From positions 1 to 35,788 of the IMG/VR virus record IMGVR_UViG_3300031539_000144: 35,788 nt of DNA; one strand, written 5' to 3'. The notes under the pieces were generated by a model, which ran no database searches, was not told where the DNA came from, and saw only the letters and a list, made by a program, of their open reading frames with translations. The number at the start of each line of letters is the position of its first letter. Position 1 is the stretch's first letter. Origin of the DNA: a virus. Position numbers and translations under genes: made by a program. Below, in pieces: positions 8,981-15,414 of this stretch.

Positions 8981-9231
8981 TTCAAATACGCCTCATACTT
9001 AGAATAATGATTACAGTAATACATTATGTTCGTTAGCCTGTGCGGGCTTGGCTCGAGTCTTGCCTTCTTCTCGTCCAGCGTTCGCACTGTCATTGTTATG
9101 CCTGTACTGTAAACGTAGCTTCGTAATCTGCTTACGTTTACATTGTGCTTGCTTAGATCAATCTGAATGTCAGGGTATACGTGTTTGATGTAGCTCGACT
9201 GGTCTTTGTTCTTTCCGCTTTGCTTGCTCAT
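8977..9231 (-). CDS. Hypothetical protein
   Basis: 84-aa track ORF with 4-nt overlaps on both neighbours. Confidence 0.6.
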   Translation of the reverse strand: MSKQSGKNKDQSSYIKHVYPDIQIDLSKHNVNVSRLRSYVYSTGITMTVRTLDEKKARLEPSPHRLTNIMYYCNHYSKYEAYLK

Positions 9232-9719
9232 AACGCAACCTCCTCGGTTCCAGATACTTTTACATAACGCTCATCAGCACCGAGAACACGATTATCCCAA
9301 TTCTCATCAGTGCTTTCGATCTTAACAAAAGAATGCCTTCTGTGTTCGTACTCTCTTATAGCTTGACGCGTATACTGAATCAGCCACTCGGCTACTTCCT
9401 TATCTTTGTCATGACTAATTAGTTCGATTAAATCGACATAATTATTGATCATGTGCTGAGCAGACAGGCACACTATATGCTCAATCATGATATGTGGGCT
9501 TCCTGATATATCAATCTTCTCGGCATCGCTAAGTACCTTTTCTTCTACGCGACCAAGATCATCAAGCATCTTTTTGACTTCCGCCGGAATATAACAGGTA
9601 TAGTATTCATAGGCGAACTTGCCTGCTTGATACAAGAAAGAAAAAAACGCAATCGACAAAACCAAGCAGCTAAACCTCAATATAAATAAATCTAAATTAC
9701 CGAATACTGCCTCAATCAT
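9228..9719 (-). CDS. Hypothetical membrane-anchored protein
   Basis: 163 aa with an N-terminal hydrophobic segment (LFILRFSCLVLSIAFFSFLY). It is coupled to both neighbours. Confidence 0.65.
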   Translation of the reverse strand: MIEAVFGNLDLFILRFSCLVLSIAFFSFLYQAGKFAYEYYTCYIPAEVKKMLDDLGRVEEKVLSDAEKIDISGSPHIMIEHIVCLSAQHMINNYVDLIELISHDKDKEVAEWLIQYTRQAIREYEHRRHSFVKIESTDENWDNRVLGADERYVKVSGTEEVAL

Positions 9720-9919
9720 GATTTCGCTCTCGCACGGTTAAGCTTACGAATAAAACGCTCAGTTATCTTCCAGCTATCTTTATTCTCAAACGATCTGCCA
9801 AAAAAAACAAATGTCCGACCGTATGTGCTTAGAGCGATATGCGGTTTCAGTAATAATCTCGATCCCTCTATCACACCATTGTTAAATTCAGACCTGCTTT
9901 GTGAATCATGTATCATCAT
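9716..9919 (-). CDS. Hypothetical protein
   Basis: 67-aa track ORF coupled to its neighbours. Confidence 0.55.
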   Translation of the reverse strand: MMIHDSQSRSEFNNGVIEGSRLLLKPHIALSTYGRTFVFFGRSFENKDSWKITERFIRKLNRARAKS

Positions 9920-10226
9920 CTACCCCAATATTTTTATCTCTTATCTTGCGCCTAATATTATCCATACCAACATTAAACTTACTCCTATCTTCGAGACTCA
10001 ACTTATCAAGTCTAGACACAAAACCATCATCGCCTTCAGCAGAAATACGCTTTGCGAATGAAATAAATCTATCTCTGTTCTGCGGATAACAAAGAAAGCC
10101 TTTCTCATCACTGTCACCTAATATTCGTTTAATTCCGTAGTACGCCAGAGCAGCGCAAAAAAAGGCAAGCATCGACGCGGCAAAAACTGTTACTACTATT
10201 GCGAATACTGCTGTGTAATCAATCAT
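9906..10226 (-). CDS. Hypothetical membrane-anchored protein
   Basis: 106 aa with an N-terminal TM segment (AVFAIVVTVFAASMLAFFCAALAYYGI). Confidence 0.6.
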   Translation of the reverse strand: MIDYTAVFAIVVTVFAASMLAFFCAALAYYGIKRILGDSDEKGFLCYPQNRDRFISFAKRISAEGDDGFVSRLDKLSLEDRSKFNVGMDNIRRKIRDKNIGVDDDT

Positions 10227-10428
10227 TGCCGATATTACTAATCACGTGATCAATAAACTGCATTTTCAGCTCTGCCATTTGCCATTTAGCTTCCGCCATA
10301 GCATCCATAAGCTTGGTTTTTTGCTCAACCTTACCGTAATTAAACTGCATAGTTATGTTCTCTAGGCGCCTATCGATTATATCCATAACATCGCCGACAC
10401 TTACCTTTTCATCCCTTATAATCATCAC
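10219..10428 (-). CDS. Hypothetical protein
   Basis: 69-aa track ORF with overlaps on both sides. Confidence 0.6.
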   Translation of the reverse strand: MMIIRDEKVSVGDVMDIIDRRLENITMQFNYGKVEQKTKLMDAMAEAKWQMAELKMQFIDHVISNIGND

Positions 10429-10706
10429 TCACCACCTACTACGTCGTCATTGGGTTTACGTATAAAGCGCGCTATCTCTCGAACGTCGGCCTTAATCTCT
10501 TTTATGCTGTCAGTCTGCCAGCTATCGACCACACCTTTTGATTGAAAGCTGGATTGAATCTCCGCGATTATTTCTTGATTCTTTTCAGCCTGAGCGTTAG
10601 TTCTTGTCAGCTCACTATCACGAATAGCTATATAGCTAATCGATCCAGTGAATGACAGCGCTACAACAATCCACTTGAGCGGTTCGAGCTTATGCCAATC
10701 AAACAT
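10425..10706 (-). CDS. Hypothetical membrane-anchored protein
   Basis: 93 aa with an N-terminal TM segment (LKWIVVALSFTGSISYIAI). Confidence 0.6.
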   Translation of the reverse strand: MFDWHKLEPLKWIVVALSFTGSISYIAIRDSELTRTNAQAEKNQEIIAEIQSSFQSKGVVDSWQTDSIKEIKADVREIARFIRKPNDDVVGGE

Positions 10707-10809
10707 TCATTATCACTCTAATAAAGTGGTCAGCAAAAGCCACGCCAAAAGGCATACTTGCTATGAAAATAATAATTCCTAACTTATAAGCTTTGGTTCG
10801 TAACGTCAT
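10699..10809 (-). CDS. Mini membrane protein (36 aa), absent from the ORF track
   Basis: GGGGGTGA lies 3 nt upstream of the ATG at 10809. Hand translation gives MTLRTKAYKLGIIIFIASMPFGVAFADHFIRVIMNV. Its stop overlaps the next gene's start. Confidence 0.5.
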   Translation of the reverse strand: MTLRTKAYKLGIIIFIASMPFGVAFADHFIRVIMNV

Positions 10810-10832
10810 AAATCACCCCCTATTTTGTTTGT

Positions 10833-11063
10833 TTATTGTACCAAATTACGAAAGTTTTCGCACCAATCTTCCCATGACGATTGTATTTTTCTGTCGTGAC
10901 AAATATCTGTAAACTCAGCACTCCACCAGAAAGCTTTTTGCTCGATACGCTTCAGCTTTTCATTCTCAGCCTTTAGGAGCTCATTCTCAGCTATCAGCTC
11001 ACGAATATTTGAATCATCTAAGCATGTGCTTGAGCCGTTTATTTCTAAGTTTAGCTTATCCAT
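10833..11063 (-). CDS. Hypothetical coiled-coil protein
   Basis: 76-aa track ORF with a heptad-like segment (IRELIAENELLKAENEKLKRIEQ). Confidence 0.55.
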   Translation of the reverse strand: MDKLNLEINGSSTCLDDSNIRELIAENELLKAENEKLKRIEQKAFWWSAEFTDICHDRKIQSSWEDWCENFRNLVQ

Positions 11064-11078
11064 CTATCTACTCCTCAA

Positions 11079-11273
11079 TTAATCCCAATCGGAAACGCGA
11101 ACAATAGACTCTACATGAGCCTTATTTAACAGCTTAATAATCTCTACCAATGGCTGGTAAATATCGGCAGATATAGATAGCGCTTGATCTTCGCTAAATC
11201 CATCCTCTTCTAGTGACTGACTCAACTCTAACGGTGTTAGCAATAAATCTATCTTCTCTTGTATATCACTCAC
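11079..11273 (-). CDS. Hypothetical acidic protein
   Basis: 64 aa with a GTG start and GGAGG 8 nt upstream. It is rich in Asp and Glu. Confidence 0.55.
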   Translation of the reverse strand: MSDIQEKIDLLLTPLELSQSLEEDGFSEDQALSISADIYQPLVEIIKLLNKAHVESIVRVSDWD

Positions 11274-11354
11274 TTAACTATCCTCCACTTGAAATATTCA
11301 CGCTCTACTCTACCGCCGTTTTTGTCTATGATTATGATTATCATTTGCATTCCC

Positions 11355-11498
11355 TCAGTAAGTTACTGTTATCGTTAAGCCGGCAGCAAACAGCCAGTAC
11401 AGCGCCTTTCGCCAATCTCCCTGCATTGCGTAAGGTACTGCCGCCATTACATCAATTATAATCAACAGCGTTGGCAGTGCCTTTGTGTACTTTTCCAT
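11355..11498 (-). CDS. Mini membrane protein (47 aa), absent from the ORF track
   Basis: GGGGAAGAG lies upstream of the ATG at 11498. Hand translation gives MEKYTKALPTLLIIIDVMAAVPYAMQGDWRKALYWLFAAGLTITVTY, with two hydrophobic segments. Confidence 0.5.
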   Translation of the reverse strand: MEKYTKALPTLLIIIDVMAAVPYAMQGDWRKALYWLFAAGLTITVTY

Positions 11499-11510
11499 CA
11501 CTCTTCCCCT

Positions 11511-11873
11511 TTAGTTTGCCCATGACTTATCGTCAAGCATCTGCTGCGTTGGAATATCTCGCGTACTCTCACCCTGAATGAGCCGCCCCTCTATTCGTGC
11601 CGCATTCTTTAGCGCCTCAAATTCTCCCGCAAGCGCATTTTTTGTATAGGCGATATTAATTCCCTTCCAGCCCTTTGTTGTAACAGTCCAATCTATTAGC
11701 TCTGTCGGCGTCATACCAACCTCAAAAGCTCTTAATGATTCATTCATAGCTTGATAAAAAGCCCTTGGTGTAAGCGGGCACTTCATGTTTATTCGATGAT
11801 CAATAAAACCCTTAGCCGCCTCAATGTCGATTTCTATATCTAATCCGTCTAGCTCGATGTTTTTATATTTCAC
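11511..11873 (-). CDS. Hypothetical protein
   Basis: 120-aa track ORF. The segment HRINMKCPLTPRAF...GWKGI vaguely recalls C-terminal domains of phage replication-associated proteins, but I cannot support a call. Confidence 0.6.
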   Translation of the reverse strand: MKYKNIELDGLDIEIDIEAAKGFIDHRINMKCPLTPRAFYQAMNESLRAFEVGMTPTELIDWTVTTKGWKGINIAYTKNALAGEFEALKNAARIEGRLIQGESTRDIPTQQMLDDKSWAN

Positions 11874-11889
11874 TTGTCGTACCTCTTAG

Positions 11890-12099
11890 CTATTTCATAT
11901 TACGCTTAATCGCTTTCGCCTTAGCTTCACGCTTTGCCTTCTTCGCATCGTGAGATTCATTCATTTCAAATTTACCGATAAAAGCATCCATTCGACGATT
12001 TAGCTCTTTGTTTGCCTGCTGCCCTAACACCTTCAACTCTTCCTCGTTACAGAAGTCTAGAAGCGCCCTAGAGCGCCCCCAGTATTCAGGCCTAAGCAT
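11890..12099 (-). CDS. Hypothetical Lys-rich protein
   Basis: The track ORF is 11890..12141. I prefer ATG 12099 (MLRPEYWG...), which overlaps the upstream stop region by 8 nt rather than 50 nt. Confidence 0.55.
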   Translation of the reverse strand: MLRPEYWGRSRALLDFCNEEELKVLGQQANKELNRRMDAFIGKFEMNESHDAKKAKREAKAKAIKRNMK

Positions 12100-12667
12100 T
12101 AAGCTTTTCCAGTTGATTATTTGCCTTAGCTGTAGCAACAACCATTTCGGCGAACTTATTCGCTACATTCTCGCGAATACCGGAATTAACCGCTTTTGTT
12201 ATCTGGTCATCAATATCCTTACTGAATCCTTTCATCTTCTCAGAAACTATCTCTTCTACCCGCTGACCTGTAAGATAGTTGATTAGTGTCATTTTCGCAT
12301 TATAGTTGTTGCTAAATGCCCCTCTCTCATCGACCATCTTTTCTAATGTATTATCAAATGTTCGCTTGATTAAATCCCTTATGTTCAGCGATTCTTTAGG
12401 GTCTCCCCACTTGTCAGTAACTGTGACCTCGTTCTCCAGCCAGTCATCAGCAAACGCTATTGCTTTTGATTCAATTGATGATCTTGCTTTAGATATAGCC
12501 TCATCAATTGCCGCATCTATTTTCTTTGATGCCTCTTTTTCAACCTTATCTAAGCACTGCTTGCTAATTGACGACCTTACGCCATTTATAATTTGATGCT
12601 TAACTTCTTCATCAATAGAGCCATCTTCTTCAATCCAATCGATATCTACAGTTATATTCAATTTCAT
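12092..12667 (-). CDS. Hypothetical protein (191 aa), first gene after the non-coding island
   Basis: Track ORF with AAGAGAG upstream of the ATG at 12667. It looks helical and charged, with no recognised motif. Confidence 0.7.
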   Translation of the reverse strand: MKLNITVDIDWIEEDGSIDEEVKHQIINGVRSSISKQCLDKVEKEASKKIDAAIDEAISKARSSIESKAIAFADDWLENEVTVTDKWGDPKESLNIRDLIKRTFDNTLEKMVDERGAFSNNYNAKMTLINYLTGQRVEEIVSEKMKGFSKDIDDQITKAVNSGIRENVANKFAEMVVATAKANNQLEKLNA

Positions 12668-13008
12668 AATATTTACTCTCTTAGTTAAATTAATAAGTTT
12701 TAGACAATAGGTTCCCCCTTTCTCCCTACTGGTAAGAATACAAGGCTTACTTATAATGCCTGCTTGTATACCATCAGCTTTATGGGAGTAGCACTCTCCA
12801 GTTAGTCGTCGGCAGTCAAAGGGAGACTGTATTCCATTTTTCCGAAAGCGCCGTATGAATTCAATCCGTGAATTACTTTGGTTGGCTGTAAATTTAAGGT
12901 TGCTGCTCAGTTAATGTCAGGCTGACCGGTTCGGTTTAGTTTTAAGTCGTGACCGTACGCGCATCTAATGGACTGCGTAGGAAGGGAATAGTGGATTATT
13001 AGAAAGGG

Positions 13009-13106
13009 CGCCTAGCAAGGGAATCGAACCCTTATAGCTTATCTTCTTGAACCATCGTTAATTGGAATCGAACCAAAAAGAATTACACTTTTACCAAAAT
13101 CTAGGC
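13009..13106 (-). other. tRNA-like element with two T-arm signatures (not a canonical tRNA)
   Basis: The minus strand carries GGTTCGATTCC twice (plus-strand ggaatcgaacc at 13020-13030 and 13064-13074). The 3' copy has a 5-bp T stem (AAGGG/CCCTT) followed by GCTAGGC, which pairs with GCCTAG at 13101-13106. The enclosed 98 nt cannot be folded into D and anticodon arms by hand. Confidence 0.4.
13063..13090 (+). promoter_or_regulatory. Candidate plus-strand promoter inside the non-coding island
   Basis: TTGGAA (13063-13068), a 16-nt spacer, then TACACT (13085-13090). It pairs with the plus-strand terminator at 13279-13312 to define a possible transcript of about 210 nt. Confidence 0.3.
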
Positions 13107-13108
13107 AC

Positions 13109-13196
13109 AAAAAAAGGCTATTTAATAACAAGCCAGTTGGTAAAGGCTGATCAGGAGTACGGTGAATCCGCGCCTCTGACCTGTTATTAAATAACC
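13109..13196 (-). terminator. Long structured hairpin plus U7 (terminator of a candidate small RNA)
   Basis: 12 perfect base pairs join 13119-13130 (tatttaataaca) and 13182-13193 (tgttattaaata). The stem extends to about 16 bp only in the minus-strand RNA, through G:U pairs. The interior forms two short helices, giving a three-way junction. Seven U residues follow on the minus strand (plus-strand A run 13109-13115). Confidence 0.5.
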
Positions 13197-13252
13197 CTTA
13201 CCGCACTTAAATCATTTCTAAAGACGTTACCACACGCCTTACTACATTTACT

Positions 13253-13280
13253 ATTTTACTATAACTGTATTACATTGCAA
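13253..13280 (-). promoter_or_regulatory. Candidate minus-strand promoter driving the structured RNA region
   Basis: TTGCAA (13280..13275), a 16-nt spacer, then TAAAAT (13258..13253). No ORF follows for about 590 nt. Confidence 0.45.
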
Positions 13281-13312
13281 GCCCTCTATTCGTTCGCAAG
13301 GGCTTTTTATTT
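13279..13312 (+). terminator. Plus-strand rho-independent terminator with no plus-strand gene upstream
   Basis: aagccct (13279-13285) pairs with agggctt (13299-13305) around a 13-nt loop, followed by TTTTTATTT on the plus strand only. It overlaps the stop codon of the 62-aa minus-strand ORF. Confidence 0.45.
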
Positions 13313-13495
13313 GGTTGAGACTCTATCAATCTCTTCGATAATTATTATCACTAGCCCGCACATGATAGCAATCAAAAGCCCCGTGCATAAAACTATAACT
13401 TTTCCCATCGCCATACCCATGATCGTTAAAATAATACCGCCGAAAGATTGCGCGCATATAAGTTTTAAGTTCTGTTTTTTTGTCCACTTTCTCAT
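13307..13495 (-). CDS. Small two-TM membrane protein
   Basis: 62 aa with two hydrophobic segments (FGGIILTIMGMAMGKVIVL and LLIAIMCGLVIIII). It lies downstream of the HTH gene in a two-gene unit. Confidence 0.6.
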   Translation of the reverse strand: MRKWTKKQNLKLICAQSFGGIILTIMGMAMGKVIVLCTGLLIAIMCGLVIIIIEEIDRVSTK

Positions 13496-13534
13496 AAATA
13501 CCTCTTCGTTGGTTAACCCTGTTAGCGCAGGGTT

Positions 13535-13750
13535 TTACTTTATCTCTTCGGTTTCACCAAGCTTTATAAACTCGCTCACCTTCATGTCAAGCTCTCCGCA
13601 AACAACCCTCAGCCTATCAAAGCTAATATTCTTTGTGTTGTTGCTGACAGCAGAAAGATAAGCGCTAGTAACACCAACTCGGCCAGATAGATCTCTTAGT
13701 GACATATCTTTATGTATCAACGCTATCTTTAGTGATTTTCCTATATTCAT
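13535..13750 (-). CDS. XRE/Cro-CI family helix-turn-helix regulator
   Basis: 71 aa. LKIALIHKDMSLRDLSGRVGVTSAYLSAVSNN is a textbook HTH_3 pattern. GAGGTG lies upstream of the ATG. It is the first gene after a terminator-promoter pair. Confidence 0.8.
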   Translation of the reverse strand: MNIGKSLKIALIHKDMSLRDLSGRVGVTSAYLSAVSNNTKNISFDRLRVVCGELDMKVSEFIKLGETEEIK

Positions 13751-13774
13751 CTTTCACACCTCAAGTTAGATTTA

Positions 13775-13803
13775 AATATATACCTATATTGGTTAATAAT
13801 CAA
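13775..13803 (-). promoter_or_regulatory. Sigma70-type promoter of the HTH / membrane-protein unit
   Basis: The minus strand reads TTGATT (13803..13798), a 17-nt spacer, then TATATT (13780..13775). The 12-mer ATAAATAGTATT abuts the -35 box, and the same 12-mer abuts the -35 box of the promoter at 15215-15242. Confidence 0.55.
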
Positions 13804-13824
13804 TACTATTTATTATATTTAGGC

Positions 13825-13849
13825 AAATAAAAGCCCAAGTTAATGGGCT
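13825..13849 (-). terminator. Rho-independent terminator
   Basis: The minus strand reads AGCCCA-TTAACT-TGGGCT (13849..13832) followed by TTTATTTG. Confidence 0.65.
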
Positions 13850-14020
13850 ATTACCTTGGCTCGGAAAAATGCGCGTAACCGTCGAAAGTGCTCGCATGAA
13901 TCCGATATCTTTAACTATAAGCCCTTGCAGCGTTTATCAATGTTTTTACACTTAGCTACTACTGTTCGGGCCAGAGCTCATTATACTAAATATGCCGGTC
14001 TTTCACCAGCGCGCTATCAC

Positions 14021-14200
14021 TTAAATCTTTCTTCTATACTGTCTGTGTGACGGCAGAAGAGGATCAGGTGCCGGCTTCCCAATGCATGTTGCGGGAACCC
14101 ATCTCGATTTATCCTTCCATCCGTCTCGGCAAGAATCAACCTCATCACCTTCACGTATGATTTCGCCGTGCTTTAATCCTCTATAAACCTCTTCTTTCAT
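14021..14200 (-). CDS. Hypothetical protein (59 aa)
   Basis: The track ORF is 14021..14248. I place the start at ATG 14200 (MKEEVYRG...) because AAGAGG lies 6 nt upstream. Confidence 0.6.
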   Translation of the reverse strand: MKEEVYRGLKHGEIIREGDEVDSCRDGWKDKSRWVPATCIGKPAPDPLLPSHRQYRRKI

Positions 14201-14285
14201 AAATACCTCTTTAGTTAATATTAATACTCTTACACCCAAAAACCCCACTTAAGGGGCGTTTAGATTGGTATGCTCCATAATGGAA

Positions 14286-14507
14286 CTAGGCACCTTCAGC
14301 GTTTTGAAAGCTATTCTTCATTTCTGCCCACTGTATCGCGTCGTCAACATGGATAAATCTAGCTTGGTTGTGCTTTTCGTTCGGGTTTTCTTTGTTGTAT
14401 GTTGTAAAAACAGGGTAGCCAAACAGCGGTTCGGTTTGGTTGGCTGCTATATCTTCGTGCCCTCGCTCGCCGAAATTACCTACAAAATAAAAAGGCTTGT
14501 TGCTCAC
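14286..14507 (-). CDS. Hypothetical protein (73 aa)
   Basis: The track ORF is 14286..14549. I prefer GTG 14507 because GGAGG lies 6 nt upstream (VSNKPFYFVGNFG...). Confidence 0.55.
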   Translation of the reverse strand: MSNKPFYFVGNFGERGHEDIAANQTEPLFGYPVFTTYNKENPNEKHNQARFIHVDDAIQWAEMKNSFQNAEGA

Positions 14508-14509
14508 TT

Positions 14510-14629
14510 CTAACCTCCACACTGATGATAAATTGATATTCCCGCACACATCACACTACAGCGCTCTATCAGTAGTACCGCGGCTATAGCGTAGAATGCG
14601 ATTAGTGAGTATTTAATTGTTTTGCTCAT
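14510..14629 (-). CDS. Mini membrane protein (39 aa), absent from the ORF track
   Basis: GAGGTG lies upstream of the ATG at 14629. Hand translation gives MSKTIKYSLIAFYAIAAVLLIERCSVMCAGISIYHQCGG. Confidence 0.5.
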   Translation of the reverse strand: MSKTIKYSLIAFYAIAAVLLIERCSVMCAGISIYHQCGG

Positions 14630-14637
14630 GCTTCACC

Positions 14638-14838
14638 TCAGAACGGAACAATGTTTAATTGCGTCGATACTCTACAGAACTCACCATCTTCGTCGTTATA
14701 ATATTTGACTAACTGGAGCGTCCCGTCTTCACCATGCTCAATCGAAAGATTATAATCCTTGCAGAGCTTTTCAATCCTTCCGGCGTGAATCTCAACGTTT
14801 TCCTGCTCAACTTTTGCGTAGCTCATTTCAGTATTCAT
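14638..14838 (-). CDS. Hypothetical protein
   Basis: 66-aa track ORF whose start overlaps the upstream stop by 4 nt. Confidence 0.6.
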   Translation of the reverse strand: MNTEMSYAKVEQENVEIHAGRIEKLCKDYNLSIEHGEDGTLQLVKYYNDEDGEFCRVSTQLNIVPF

Positions 14839-15050
14839 AAATCCTCCGGATAGTCTTCATTAATTGCCGCGTTGTCAGCTCTCTCCGCTGCTTTGCGACG
14901 CCTTTCTGTTAGTGTTGGGTTAACGCCATAGGTTCTAGCCTTCTGTTCGTTACAGCGCGCGCATGTGCCCTTGTCGTTGATCTTGATAGTGCAGCCGCAT
15001 TTGCATGGCAGGCCGAAGTAAGTGCCGTCGTTGGATTTGAAGTGGCCCAT
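14835..15050 (-). CDS. Hypothetical zinc-ribbon-like protein
   Basis: 71 aa with the Cys pairs CKCGC and CARC. Confidence 0.6.
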   Translation of the reverse strand: MGHFKSNDGTYFGLPCKCGCTIKINDKGTCARCNEQKARTYGVNPTLTERRRKAAERADNAAINEDYPEDL

Positions 15051-15053
15051 TTG

Positions 15054-15188
15054 CTAAGCCCCGCTAGAATCAAAGAACTGGCGCAATATCATTCTAACCG
15101 CCATGGTGTAATTTCCATCACAATTAGCATCAGCGTAATCCTGTATTTTTTTATCTAAAACCGAATCGAACTTTATTAGCTTTTTCAT
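15054..15188 (-). CDS. Putative ribbon-helix-helix (Arc/CopG-like) protein, 44 aa, absent from the ORF track
   Basis: AGAGGGAAG lies upstream of the ATG at 15188. Hand translation gives MKKLIKFDSVLDKKIQDYADANCDGNYTMAVRMILRQFFDSSGA, a strand-helix-helix layout. It is the first gene after a promoter. Confidence 0.5.
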   Translation of the reverse strand: MKKLIKFDSVLDKKIQDYADANCDGNYTMAVRMILRQFFDSSGA

Positions 15189-15214
15189 ATACTTCCCTCT
15201 GTTTGCATGAGTTA

Positions 15215-15242
15215 AGTATACACTCAATATATATTATGTAAA
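15215..15242 (-). promoter_or_regulatory. Sigma70-type promoter of a six-gene mini-ORF unit
   Basis: The minus strand reads TTTACA (15242..15237), a 16-nt spacer, then TATACT (15220..15215). The 12-mer ATAAATAGTATT (plus-strand aatactatttat, 15241-15252) abuts the -35 box. Confidence 0.6.
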
Positions 15243-15274
15243 TACTATTTATATATTTATTTTATAGCAGGCAT

Positions 15275-15296
15275 AAAAAAGCCCCCATACGGAGGC
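15275..15296 (-). terminator. Rho-independent terminator after the methyltransferase locus
   Basis: The minus strand reads GCCTCC-GTAT-GGGGGC (15296..15281) followed by TTTTTT. Confidence 0.7.
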
Positions 15297-15414
15297 AGTG
15301 CTACATGGCAGGCTTTGGCAAACCTGTTTTGTGTTTCTTATTGTTCGTCTAGTGTAGCACAATCAATTATTGCGCGGCCTATGATTTCTGGTATTTGAGG
15401 CACGACGGAATTTC

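Noticed and set aside
13009-13106. A functional tRNA gene on the minus strand, suggested by two GGTTCGATTCC motifs and a 6-bp acceptor-like pairing.
   Set aside because: The element is 98 nt long. I could not form a D arm or an anticodon stem in any register, including type II and selenocysteine-like layouts, and the seventh acceptor pair is a mismatch. I report it only as tRNA-like.
12668-13312. An attP plus integrase module, which would imply a temperate lifestyle.
   Set aside because: No integrase-sized ORF exists anywhere in the genome. The tRNA-like 3' half could at most be a relic, so this is kept only as one interpretation in the finding.
13296-13928. The 10-mer GCAAGGGCTT at 13296-13305 and its reverse complement at 13919-13928 flank the HTH / membrane-protein unit, which could be terminal inverted repeats of a mini-cassette.
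   Set aside because: The match does not extend beyond 10-11 nt. A rough estimate puts the chance of such a match within a 700-nt span at roughly one in four. No target-site duplication is present.
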